A stretch of DNA of 64,000 nt from Azolla caroliniana (taxonomy: Eukaryota; Plantae; Polypodiophyta), in contig JBHGNT010000018.1 of assembly GCA_043228905.1 (NCBI GenBank), forward strand, positions 11,904,001-11,968,000, written 5' to 3'. Of the stretch, positions 35,296-48,385 are shown one piece after another. A program made the position numbers and the translations under genes. The notes under the pieces are model-generated. The model made no database searches. It saw only the letters and a program-made list of their open reading frames with translations, and was not told the DNA's origin. Position 1 is the first letter of the stretch. Each line of letters opens with the position of its first letter.

Positions 35296-37858
35296 CTCGA
35301 TTAAGGCTAAATGTTTCACTTAATAAGTAAAACCAAAAACCTTATCTAAATATATTTTTGTTCATGCATTATCAAACATATTATTAGTGATTAATTATTG
35401 GATTAGAGAATCATTTTCTACCACATACAAGTGATAGAAATTTCATGCATTTGTATGTATATGTATATATATACATATATACACATAAAAGATTCACACA
35501 ATCTATTATAAATCCATAGAAATAAAATATTTGAACATGCAAACTTTTTTAGTGTGCAAAGTTAATTAACCCATTCATTTTGGTCATAAAATTCACTTGT
35601 TTGAAATAGAACCTCACATATCAATTCTTATATGTTTGACGTCTTGTTGATAAATTAGTATTTAACCTAAAATGTTTATAGTTATTTATGTTTATTGCTC
35701 ATTATCAATCAAAGTAGTTGTATAAACTAATTAGATCACCAACAAATGAAAAAAAAAGACGCCTTTCTATTCAAAGGTAAAAATTGAGTTCAATTAACAT
35801 AACGAGATATCAAAGTTCTCAAATACTTTATTCATGTTGGTGAGCTCCATTCCAATGACTTGATTGTATTCATGTATAAGCTACTAAGGTCAAAATCATC
35901 ATTGTACGTGTATGTAATCGAAAAATGGAAGGTCTTCAAAAATCAAAACCACTAGTGGAACCCATTGAGTGCCTCAAGCTTCCATAGCCATTGCTGCTTC
36001 TTTTGCTTTTGGCCTTTTGCCCATGGCATCCTTGACAACAACCTGTGGATTGCTATTGCTGCCCACCCCTGCCAAGACATCCCCTCCTATGATCTCACCC
36101 CCCCCCCCCCCCCCCCTGTTTCTCTCCTCCTGTCTTAACCTATATTTATGTGAAATGATACCTTTGATGAGATTCTTCTTTCTCTTCTGCTTTGAACCTC
36201 ATTGACTCTTTACATTTGATGGGTTTCTTTCTGTTTCTTTTTGTTTTTCCTTTCTTTCTTTTGCTACCCAAGCTGAGTGGCATCTTTTATGGATTCCTTC
36301 TGATTAACCTAATTTGAGTGATCTCTATCTTGGATCATATCTGTTTTACCCTAGTTTGATTGATATCTCTTATTGCTTTGTACTGTTTTGCCCGAGTGTA
36401 TGTCTTACGCAGGAGGAGGAAAGGACGTAGTCAAACCCTAAATTTCGAGGAGCCAATGTTTGATGTTGTTCCCTGTTGATTGCTGATTGCTATTCCTTGC
36501 AGAGCTCTTCTCTATTCGCTACTCGTTGAATGCATTTTTTCAAAAATAAATTAGGGAAAAAAAGTTAACGAATATTGGAAGAAATATTCTTATACGTATT
36601 CGTTGGTATTCATGGGGGAGGCCCCACGAATGCGAATATCTCAACCTATGATTGGAACTATGGTTTGTGGAAGTCTCAGAAGTCTCTTGTATGATGTATG
36701 GAAATCAATCTTTTCTTTCGCATTTAATGTATTGTTAACATTGCCTTTAAATGTACCATATAACCAAATGTCAATTGCATAAAGTCAATTCCTATGAGCC
36801 AAACTCTTATTTACATCTATAGTTGTGATGTAGGTAAACCTAGCAATTATCTCAAATTAAATATATGAAGAAATTTCTCATGGACTCAACATTAAACAAC
36901 TTGCTAGGAACTGGAGTCCCACTAGCTAGAACTTGAATACTATAAAGCATAGTACATGTGAGCTAGGGATAGTGAAGGTCTCTTTTGTGGTAACATGCCA
37001 AAAACATTTATGTCACATAATCCCGCTTTAGCATTGCATTCTCTAAGACAAATGTGTTACCTTAGGCCCAATGTAAGGCAAAATGTTTGCCATTGCAACT
37101 ACTAATTTGTATGAATTGTTTCACTATTTAAATATCCCTTTCAGATCACGACTTTATATACAACCTCAAATTAATTCATTATTTAAATATCCCTTTTAGA
37201 TTGTGACTTGATACACACATGCTTTGGTTTTTGTAGCTCAAGACAAGTTTTTCTCTTAAAACAGTATTTACAAAAAATTGACAAGCTTTCAGAGTTTTTT
37301 TCTTTTCATTCGCTCTCCTTCATCCTTGACTTTTCTCTTTCCATTTTGCTCTATCTATCTCTACGCGTCCCCTCTATTCCCTCATCTCAAAATCCCATCC
37401 TTTCTCCAAAAAGAGAAAACAAAAATGGACAGGGATTATGAATGCTAAAAAGTTCGATTTCATGTGAGCCTTTCATAAAAACAATGAACGAAATATGATG
37501 AGAAAGTATAAAAAACATGCTAATCCAATAATTTCTCAAAGTATTAAAAATACACCTTGTTTAGCCACAGAAAGATCGAGGGATACTTTTAACAGATTCT
37601 AGACCTTAGTTTAAGAAAAAAAGCTGTAAAGTTGGGACTCAAAACTGAGTCTAATGCGAGGGAAAATAAAAACATTGAATAACATGTGTTTATGGTCGGT
37701 CGGTACTCAAAACAAACAATTCCTATAAATTTTAGCAAGTGCCTAATAAGTAAAGGCTTGGCTGTAAATATGTATTTCGTGCCATCTAACCCCTAGTAGG
37801 AAGGGGCTCTAGTCCTATCAATTGAAGTAACACAAGAAAGACCTTGACCTCACTCACC

Positions 37859-37861
<3 letters not shown>

Positions 37862-37896
<35 letters not shown>

Positions 37897-38073
37897 CACA
37901 CACACGATTGATCCTCCACTCCATGGCTCTCTTTTCGCGCGTTACTCTATTTACATATTCCATCACTCTCTCTACCTAATAATTAAATTTATTACTGCAT
38001 AACAAAACATCTATCTCCATACAATCATATGTATTGCTGCACATACATACATACATACATACATACATACATA
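37862..38073. repeat. Microsatellites upstream of the gene: (AG)n 37862-37894 and (ACAT)n 38041-38073
   Basis: Read directly from the sequence. Confidence 0.9.
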
Positions 38074-38355
38074 CTGATACATGTATGCATGAACATATAT
38101 TTACCTTCTTTACATTTTTACACTCCCTCCCCCCTCTCCCCTTTTTACACTCATCCATCCCTCAGTTCTTCTGCTTAACTCAAAGAAAGCAACTACTAGA
38201 GCAGAGAGCAGAGAGAAATGATCGCGCACACACACACTCACACTCACACACTTGTAAATTAATGTATGACAGAGTAACTTGAGGAACATACAGAGATCTA
38301 TTGTTAATTTTCTTTTCCTTTTAGACAGACGATGAATCAAAGCATTCTCTGATTG

Positions 38356-41300
38356 ATGGCGCTGAAATCTAAGATTAGATGGGTGGCTCTCATGGGCCTC
38401 GCGCTTTCTGCTCTCTCTCTGGCCATCCACTTCCTCCTTGCTCGCTTCTATAGAAACGAAGTCCAACAAGTAGACGCACATGAGATTCAAGCTCTCATGG
38501 GATGGTCCTCTAACCCCACAGAGGTACTCTGTGGGCTGTAGACAGAGAGACACGGGGAGAAGTGTGGGTTCTTGTCTTTCTTTTTGCCTAATTTCCGATG
38601 ATCTTCTTTTTTAGGACCCTAGCTATGGTAAAGTATGGAGCAGAGTTAAACATCTGCAAAGTCTTCGTCCGTATGCGGTTCCAAGGAAAGCATATCCTGG
38701 TAGGTTACATTTTTTATTCTTAAAATCACATTAAAGTGCTCATAAAGACATACGCATACAAGTAATGATCAGGGCAAGAGGATTATTATTTATATGCGTG
38801 CATGCATCTGATTTAACAGGACTTTTTTTCCATGTGTTCATAAATCATATTTTGACGATGTATTTTCCTGCATTTCAGTGAACACATGTAATGTAGTCTT
38901 CGAGGCTAAAAATGATATTGGGAATGTTTCAATTAGTGTGTATCTAATATAGTACACTCGCATGTGGAATAAGGACATAATTCTTCTGATAGACATTATA
39001 TCCTAATGGACGGATATGGTCTTCAATGAAGGACTTATAGTTTGTAGGAAATCAAACACGCAACTGAAGAGAAGATAAGTGACAGTGGAGAAGATATTTC
39101 CATGCCCTCATAATACCCCTTTTCAAATAACGTTCCTGGCTTTGGGTACAGATTCTCATATATGCCTATTTTTTCACGTTTTAGTGCTTAGGAAAGTTTA
39201 GAACATATTTTAAGAATATGAGGGTTGAATGCATGACTGATTGTGGTTCTTTGTTTCACTTGTCAACTCCAAGATTTTCGTCTCGTAAAGTGTTTAGAAG
39301 TCATACTTCAGATTCCGATACAACTCCCATTTGACCTAATGATATATAAAGCATGAGCTCTTTCGTTACTTTTGTACTTGGTATTGAGATACCGATGTTT
39401 TGGTGACGGATCTAATTAGTTTAATAATACCTATTCTTTTTTTATGTTCATTCTAAAAATTGTTCAATATTCTGAACTTCAGTTTCTTGAGCTGGAATTT
39501 GCTCACTGAGGTTAGTATATGGCATTTAGAGTTATGGAAAGAGAAATCATTATTAAAGAAAACAATATTGATTTTTAAATAGCCTTAAGACTAGAAATTT
39601 GCATGTGAATAGGGGCAATGTATTGATCATGCTGATATTATCTTAGAATATCCACGTCGAAGCTAATAGAATTCTGTGATTTCCATTGTCCCAATGTTTG
39701 GTCTTCCATTGTTTTGGTGCTATTTTTTTCCAATTTGGACCTTTATTTCTTTGTTACGTACCTTGTATGTTTCCCTAGCTCCAAACTCTGGGTTCTTGAG
39801 ACCCAAAATACAGATTGGTGTAGCATGAAACTCATAATTGCAGCCCCTAGTAGTTTTTCTAATTTATTTATGGTTCTCAAGGTGTACAGAAACTTTGATA
39901 TCACCTAGGGCACTGATAAATTTAATAAAGATGGTCAGGATACCATACATAATTCAATTCAGGTTCACGAGTCGTGATATAACTCTTTGTATATGCTTTT
40001 ATGATCTATATTTTTATATTGTTGACCCTATTCTCTGAACTCTCAAGTGTATACGGAAGAACATTATCACGAAATCCCAAAAATTCTCATGCTTCTTTGT
40101 TCCAATGGTTTAAGGCCATACTTAAAAACGGATTAAGGTATTTTAAACTTGGCAGAAACCTAGAAATACACTTTCAGTCGTACTCATTTACATTTTACTG
40201 GCCTCAATACTATGATGCAATAGGATCTATGTAGCGATGTGCCAAACAACCACCCTTGCCTGGAGGAATTCATGTATCTATTTAAAAGGGAAAATAAAGA
40301 ATCTTTACCTTTAGATGGGCAAGAAGTTTAACAACTCCAATTTCCTTGGACTGAGATACTAAATTCTGGGTACTCATGAAATGTGATGCTGTACCCATTC
40401 TTGAACACTGATGATGTAGGTAGCTTTTTTCTATCTGAGGTAACACAACAAGAAGTTATTTTGAACCCCCCTCCCCTCCTACATGGGTGGTTGCTTTTTT
40501 CTAACTGAGATAGGACAAAGTTAGGTATCTTGCAGTCAGTGAGTATTTTATTTTTTCATGCTTTTGTTTTGAGGAACTGTCCTTTAACAGGAAATAATTC
40601 TTCAAGAATGAACTTCAATTGTATTTTGAAGTGCTTTTAATGATGAGGAGAGAGGCACAACCATATGATGGATTCTCTTGATTAACTTTGCATCTTTGTC
40701 TATTTCAACAGCTCCACGTGACACTAACAATGGCTTTATATTTGCACACATTGAAGGAGAATTTCATGAAATCAGAACAGCTGTAAGGTCTTAACTTAGC
40801 TTGGAGTCTATCTGGGAAACATGATCAGTGGTTGTAAAGTGTAGAAATTGTAAAAAACTCAGTGCTGCAAAGACTATTTTACCTTATGACTAAATTGATT
40901 GTGATTTTTTCATTTAGATTTGTGACTTGGTAGTAGTTGCGAGGCTTTTAAATGCAACACTCATCTTACCAGTGCTTCAAGAAGTGGAATCTATAAGCCA
41001 AGGGATCAGGTGTATTATACAAAAAGTTCTTATAGAGAGATTTATTTTTTGGTTACAAATACAACTAATACGTGCTCTGTATTTTCTATTTTACAGCTCG
41101 AAATACAAAGGATTCGGATACATTTATGATGAGAAACATTTTATTACGACATTAAAGCGGGATGTTATAGTTGTGAAGAGTCTTCCTAAGGAGCTTATGG
41201 CCATAAAAAAGAAGCTGAAATTTATACAACCAAGCATATTGTCATCCCCAGAATTCTACCTGAAGGAAGTGTTACCTGGCTTGAAGAGGAAAAGGGTATT

Positions 41301-43455
41301 AGGACTATTGGTTTCTGGTGGGGGTTGCTTGAAGGTATTGACAAATCTGGGTGTACTGGCCTAGCCCATTTCTTGTTGATTTTTTCATTTGGATGCCACC
41401 TGTTGTGCTCTAATGCCATTACATGTTCTACTATTCTCGTTGAGTTTTTCTGGCCCATGGGTTGCTTCTATGTAGTTGTTGAATGAAAATTTCTGATGCA
41501 GAATTTATTGCCTCCTCGACATGCTGAATACCAGAGGCTCAGATGTAGGGTTGCTTATGAAGCACTCACTTTCAGGAAAGAAATCCAAGAACTTGGGTTT
41601 AGAATGATTCAGAGGTGATCTATTAAATTTGCTTTTGGATTCAATCAATTTTCTTATGTTACAAGCATGCCACAGTAATAAGTATCTAGCGAGAACGATG
41701 GAATTCTGGAATTTACATTTATCTCTGTTCGCAAGTTCAGGTTACAAGCATTGGGGCAACCATACCTTGCGTACTATGTTGGACTAGAACAGGACTCTTT
41801 AGCTTTCCATGGTTGTGCAGAACGTTTTCAGGTTCTGTTTTGAGTTTAAGATTCATTTATTTTTTGGACCGTTGTTTCAAGAATTACTATAAGTCAGTAA
41901 TTCTTATGTTGATTTTATTTGGCACTATTTCTACACATCAGGATCTCCACACAGAGCTTATACAATATAGACGTGCTCATATGATCAAACGTGGGCATGT
42001 TAAGGGAAATCTCAGTGTTGATTCAGAGCTGCAGTGGAAGAATGGTGCTTGTCCACTTATGCCAGAAGAGGTAGACCTAATTAATTGAGAGAAGCTTTGT
42101 TACTACTGATCAGTCTTCTTTTCATGCATGAAAAATTAGGAAATTATGAGAAACTACCAGAACTATATAGGAAGTTTGTGGAATTTTAATATAATCCTGG
42201 TGGATTTTGTTTTTTTATAAATGTTTCCAACCGGTGTTTTAATAGATGAGGGCACATTTTTTCCAAACATTGGTTCTTCTCCTCCATTTGAGAGTCCAAG
42301 AGTTTTTTGTTCCTTATATTGGGTGGTTCTATGAATACAGGTAGGCCTACTTCTCCATGCCTTAGGGTATGGATCACATACACGCATCTATATATCTGGC
42401 CGTGCCATCTTTGGAGGGCAGAGAGTTTTGATTCCATTACGAGCCATGTTCAGTAATTTAGAAGATAGGACTACTCTAACGACAGAAGAGGAGAGGGCAC
42501 TCATATATGGGCCAGAAGAGCCTTTACCACCACCACGGTCACCACCTCCGCCTCCATCATCTGAAGATGTGCAAAAAAAGCTCTTAGCCTGGAAAACTGC
42601 GGGCCCCCGTCCGAGGCCATTGCCACCACCTCCTAGCCGTAATATCTATACACACGAGCTAGAAGGGTGGTGGGGTTGGTTAGCAGTTTCAGGTGAAGAG
42701 CCCCCCCCATCTGTGGCAGACCTTAGATTGCAAGGTCATGAGTTGCTTTGGGCTGCTTTGGATTACATTGTATGTGTCGAGTCCACTGCATTTTTTCCAG
42801 GTTTTGATCGAGACAAGAATGGCCAGCCTAATTTTGCTAGCTTGGTCATGGGTCATAGAGCATACATGTCACCTTCTTTACGAACATATCGTCCAGACAG
42901 GTGGTTCCTCAGACATAAACTTAGATTAGAATTTTTTGAGGATGTTTTAAATAGGATCATAGGCTTTATTGTGTGTCTTTTTTCTATCACAGGAAAATTA
43001 TTGCCAAGTTTCTAGAAGAGTTGGGGGAGAAGGTTTATCATCCCAAGTATTTATGGACCATGTCCATCCAGAAACATTTGAAGTCGAGCCTGGATTTCAC
43101 AAAATTTGTGGACACATCAAAGCAGGATTTATTTCTTTCTCACCCTGTCTCAGAATGTTCGTGTAGTCTTTCAGCTAAGAGCTACTGGGCAACAGTAAAT
43201 GTTTCTTCTGCTGAAAAACAGAATAAAAGGCAACGTCCATTTGATGATTTGGAGACATGTCCTCAATGGATGGGAAGTGATGTCACTAACACAAAAAATG
43301 GCATGAATGAAGACAATGGAAGTGAGGTTATTGATGACCTTGAACTTTCTGATGCAGACATAGAAGGGGACGCACCTGTAGGTGCTGAAGTGGAGAAGGT
43401 AGAGAAAGAAGATAATCAAGGTGATACTGATGATGACATCGATGCCAATGATTGA
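38356..43455 (+). CDS. O-fucosyltransferase family protein (PF10250/GT106-like), EDA30/OFUT27 clade, 669 aa, type II membrane protein
   Basis: Ten GT-AG exons with consistent phase: 38356-38523, 38615-38699, 40712-40782, 40918-41009, 41097-41334, 41502-41614, 41741-41831, 41942-42070, 42341-42900, 42993-43455 (2010 nt). Motifs: N-terminal TM helix, NNGFIF, ICDLVVVARLLNATL, YQRLRCRV, GACPLMPEEVG, GPRPRPLPPPP..EGWWGW, AALDYIVC, NFASLVMGHR, HPVSECSC. Confidence 0.95.
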
Positions 43456-44699
43456 ACAATGTAGCTCCAGTCTGGACAAGATTGTTTAGTAGAGTGAAGA
43501 GTGAGTTGCAGTTGCAAGACAGCAACAGGTAAAGGATTTGCTATGCCTTTTTTTCCCCTCTTAAGGAGGGTTAATTGCAACAAGGGTCAAGGTTAGCTCC
43601 AGACGTAATTATCTATCTATCTATGTATATATACATATTTCTTCGTAATGGGTGGTTCTATGGCTTATAAAGTAAAGGGGTTAGGACAAGTTTCCAACTC
43701 TATGAAATTCTGTGTTTCTTAATTTGTATTGATACTTGTGTTTTTTTGAATGATCCCTACCAACAACTCAGATAAGATCCCATTGGCCAATATTATAACT
43801 GTATATGCATCGTTCTATTTTTGTTATAGATATATATACATTTCATTTTATGCAATATATAGTGCATATATATACATATAACTGCATTTAGATATATCTG
43901 CACACACTATATAAAGTATTCGTCTTGGTTTGCTTGTCTTCCCCAATTGAGCAGATTTTGGAGTCTCCAATGTGCAGGCACACTATACTCTTATTAGAGA
44001 TGATGCTGGGAGGGGCAGCATTCATTTTCTTGTGCATCATTGATCATCGTCCTTCCTGCCGAAGTATATCCAAGGAAAATGTCCTTTATTTTTGTACTCT
44101 ATTATTGGTTTGGATGCCATTGACATGCATGTTATAAGAGGTGATCGGTTATATTTACTTTCTACAGCAATAGTGCATTTTATAATCCTCCAGGCAGTTT
44201 GTAATAAATATCTTCTTGATTTAGTGAGAGCTTCAGCTCAAATAAAACAATCAATCATATCATTCTTTGAATATGTTTTGCCATTTTTTGGTCAACTTGA
44301 AAGATCCCGTTGCTTCATGAAACTTTAAAATACTATGGTGGAATGGAGAAAAGAATTTGATAGAAGTATGTAACCCGTTTAGCCAAATTTCAATGTTTAC
44401 TATTATGAATCAAATTGAAAATAAATTTGGCTGATTACTGAAGAAAAAAATCAGACATTGTGCAAAACGCACCGTAACCTAAAATTATGTGTTTGGTGTC
44501 ATGCTGTGCTAGATAGTTTTGTTAATTCTTTAATTGCATTTTAATTCAAGAACCACAACTCATTTAATCGTTAACAAATTTCTCGTTTTAGCATTGCTAT
44601 CCATCAGAACTCTTTTATTGACAATAACAAATATCCAACTTTTATGGGGTGAGGTTTTAATGCTCCAAAAATATTCTCATTTTCAAAATGGTCAAGTAA

Positions 44700-45600
44700 A
44701 CTTGCAAAATCAATTTATTCTAGTTACATACACAAACGAGTTAAGCTCAAGTCTGGTATGCTTCAAAAAATAAATAACATACAGCTCTAGGAAGTTCACG
44801 AATCCTCCAAAGCATGACATCAAATGAAGGCACTTTCCAAATGACTCGAGAACCTCAAAAAAATGAATGGCCAAAATAAGAAGACAAGAACATTGTGATG
44901 TGTTATATTCCTCATGAGTTGCATCATACATGTCAAAAAGACAGAATTGACTCACCTACATTGTTTTCAAAAACCAAATTTGCTACCATAAATGGGCTTT
45001 CATGTACTTGACAATGTTTAGAAATAATTGCCAAAATTTCTCCCTCTTTACATAAACTTACAAAGATCAATCACCGCACTAATTCATGCCATTTGTTTAC
45101 TCAAACATTTGTCACAAACCATAGCTCAAGAACTCCATTGCCACAAATAATAAGAATGATTGACAATAATGATTGCATTTATGTTTGTATGTTACACACT
45201 TTCTCAAAAGTTCCACCTAGAACCTACAACGCACACATTTTTCCAACACAATTTTTGTATGATTTCTTATGTGTACGAATGAGCTTGGTGCACCTCCTCA
45301 TTCTCAAATCTACATATAGGCACAATAGTTTTGTCGAACATGTATAATTGACACAAATACATTGACTTGAAATTGAACTATACTCCATGTTCAAATGGTA
45401 TGAGCCCTTGATGTTGCTTATCTACTTTCCAAATAAACATTTCCCACTAATCAAGCTCATCACACAACTTTCTTTGATGCTTTTATCACACATCTATTGA
45501 AAGCAATAAATGTTGACTACCATGTTCATGACTGTAGACAATAAAACATATCAACTTGGAGAATACTGGAGATGTTGGCTAGCACAAAAATTTCATTTCT
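44700..45600 (-). pseudogene. Possible highly decayed hAT (DUF659-type) transposase remnant
   Basis: Frameshifted fragments LLSIDV, VELLRKCVT, AMVCD and EKFWQLFLNIVKYM occur in hAT motif order. Confidence 0.35.
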
Positions 45601-48385
45601 TCTTTCATTAAGGCTAGGTTGTGGCATTTCTTCTTTCTTCTTTGAAACATTGTTTGCTGCCATTCACGGATTGAGTACCAAACATCCTAGGTATATTCCC
45701 ATAAGACCCACATGTTATGAGCTTTGGGATAGTTTTCTTGTAGATGTTCCTCCATAAATAGTGATATTTTCGATCCTTATTAAAAGTCAATACAACTTAC
45801 TTTGTGCATAATTATATGGTCACTTTCACAACTATACCATCCCCAACAATTATATTTCTTTTGTTTGAAAGGATTTGATTCACAACATGTCTATAATGGG
45901 AAAAATAAAATAACGCTGGAGTTCTTCCCTAATCTCATTAAAACTTGGGTAAAGTCCCCAAATGCTCCTTACAAACGTGTTGTGAATCATGATGACAAGA
46001 TAAGCTCCCTAGTTACAAAAGACAATTTTTTATCCAAAACGCTAGTATAAATAAACAAAAGAATACAAATAATCCTTGTCTAAAATAATAGTTATCTTAT
46101 GGAAAATAAATATTGTAACTTATTATTAGATAAAACTTTGTGGAAGAACCCATGCATCAAAGTTTAAACTTTGTTTTGTGATCTATTTTACCACACAAAA
46201 CACAAACCGTAAGGGTCTATTGCATAACCTTCTCGTTTTAGACGGACAAACATATCAATTGAGCTACAACCAATTTAGGGCCTTTAGTCTCTCAAATGAC
46301 AATAAACCCCCAATGTTTTTAAGTTGTGACGTGCCATTAAGGAACCAAATAACTTACGGTCATATAAACAACATATGGTTCATCAAAATTTCTACTTCTT
46401 CTCAACTTTTTTATGAGCTCTTAAAATTTGTCCAACTTTTCTAAGGCCTTTGGTCTCCCACACAATAAGTAAACCCTACATTTTCATGATGCTAGATCAA
46501 ACTGCCACATCCTCCCAAATTTTGAGCAATTTCTTAAGAGCACTCAATTCCTCCAACCTTTTCAAGGTCTTTGGTCTTGGCATTGGGATTTGGTCCACTA
46601 ATACCTAAAATTCAAAGCATTTGGAAATTGTGTAAGCTTTGGTCATCCAACACTTCTATTGAACCATTCATCAGTTTCAATGCATTCATCCTATCATTTG
46701 GTTCACATCAAAATAGTGAGTCTCTTCTTTTAAAGATATAGTCATGTACTACCTTAGTTCTTTGTGGCTTGAGCAAAAATACTCGATCAATTGGGCTCCA
46801 CTTAGCTCGTTGGTAAGAATCAATAATGTTGTATGTTCTTGGTCATATTTGAACTCGAGACCTCGTGGCGTTCGGGTTGACTATAACAATCAAGTAGGCA
46901 GATGGTTTTGTACACACTCCTTGAAGAAATTTTAAGCGAAAGCATTAAACACCTGAGCTAACCAAATAGGTTGCTCGTATTGAACGTTTAATTTATATGT
47001 GTATGAGGGATATGTGAATGCATTTACCTATATAAGTTTTTTAAAAGAAAACATGTGTCTAGAAACCTTATTTCCCCCTCGTTAACAAGAAAACTCTATT
47101 GGTATGTTACCCAACCTCAAGTCTCATCATTAGGATGACATACCCCAAAGTGCAACCTAATCGTCAGGCCACACGAGCCCCACATGGCCCATCACATGGT
47201 TACGTCCTTACAAATGCCTTCCGTAATGATGATCTCATGGTGGCATCGTAACCATGTAATGAGCAAGGAATGTTGGATGCGTGTCATACGGGCGACCTCA
47301 CATGAAGCGTGTCATACTGGCTCCCCGTGGATCCGATTCTTCGATCCAAGCCGATTGGTCTTTTCATTGGATCGGGCTCTCGGCTTGTTCAACTGATCCG
47401 GCCCATGTTGAGCTTGCTTTTCAACACTCCCCCTCAAGCTCAACTTGAGGTTCCATCTGATCTGCCGGTTCCTTCCCTCCTCACACCCCTTTGGTCCAAG
47501 GCACCTGGACCCTGTCACGCCACAACGATGTCAAATACGTAGTCAGTGAGGATTGAACCTGCAACCTCACAGCTACAAGATGTCATGCTCAACCATTTTG
47601 ATATGAGCATGCATTTGTATATGCATGGTTTAGTATTCTATAGTCTAGCATATAGTACATTTTAGAATCAGAATATTCTAGTCAGTAGTATATTCTAGAA
47701 ATATTGTACGACATATTCTAAAGATATTTCTCGAGTATATTCTAGAGATATTCAATCTTGGAACATGTATAAATACTTGTAACCTCCTTGGTCCCTTCAA
47801 GGGATTCAACACCAGTCATTGACACATCAATCTAGTATTCTCGTTTCGCCTCATCTTTGTCTCCTTGATCTTTATTTCTGTCTTCATGCCCTCATGTCGT
47901 TCACAACATCTAGAGTTCCTAGCCTCGTCACATCTAGCTCCAAGTTCATCCATCGCTCGTAGCCCCATCATCTACGGTCAGTCCTAGTTCACGCTTTTGG
48001 TGTGTCCGTGATTGTTTGAATCCCTTCCAACTGGAAGTACCACCCGTCTTCGTCATCGCCTTTGCTTCTAGAGTTACCATCATCACCATCCTTGCTTTCA
48101 GAGTTACCGTCATCAACATCCTTGTCTTCGACATCATCATTTTCAGTACCTCTTCGCCCAACCATTGTCGTCATCAACACTACTTGTCATCATTTTTAGT
48201 TATCATTTTGCATCATGATTTTGGTGAGGAGTGCTTTTGATTGCTCACCTTCCCAGTTCCAGTGGGGGTCACAACCACTCACTTTCCTAGTGGGGATCAG
48301 ATCATTGTTCGCTTGCACTGTATTTTCGTTGTAGTTCAAGTCTCGTGCCATTTTCTGTTGGTGAGGACTGATTTTGATCGCTCAC

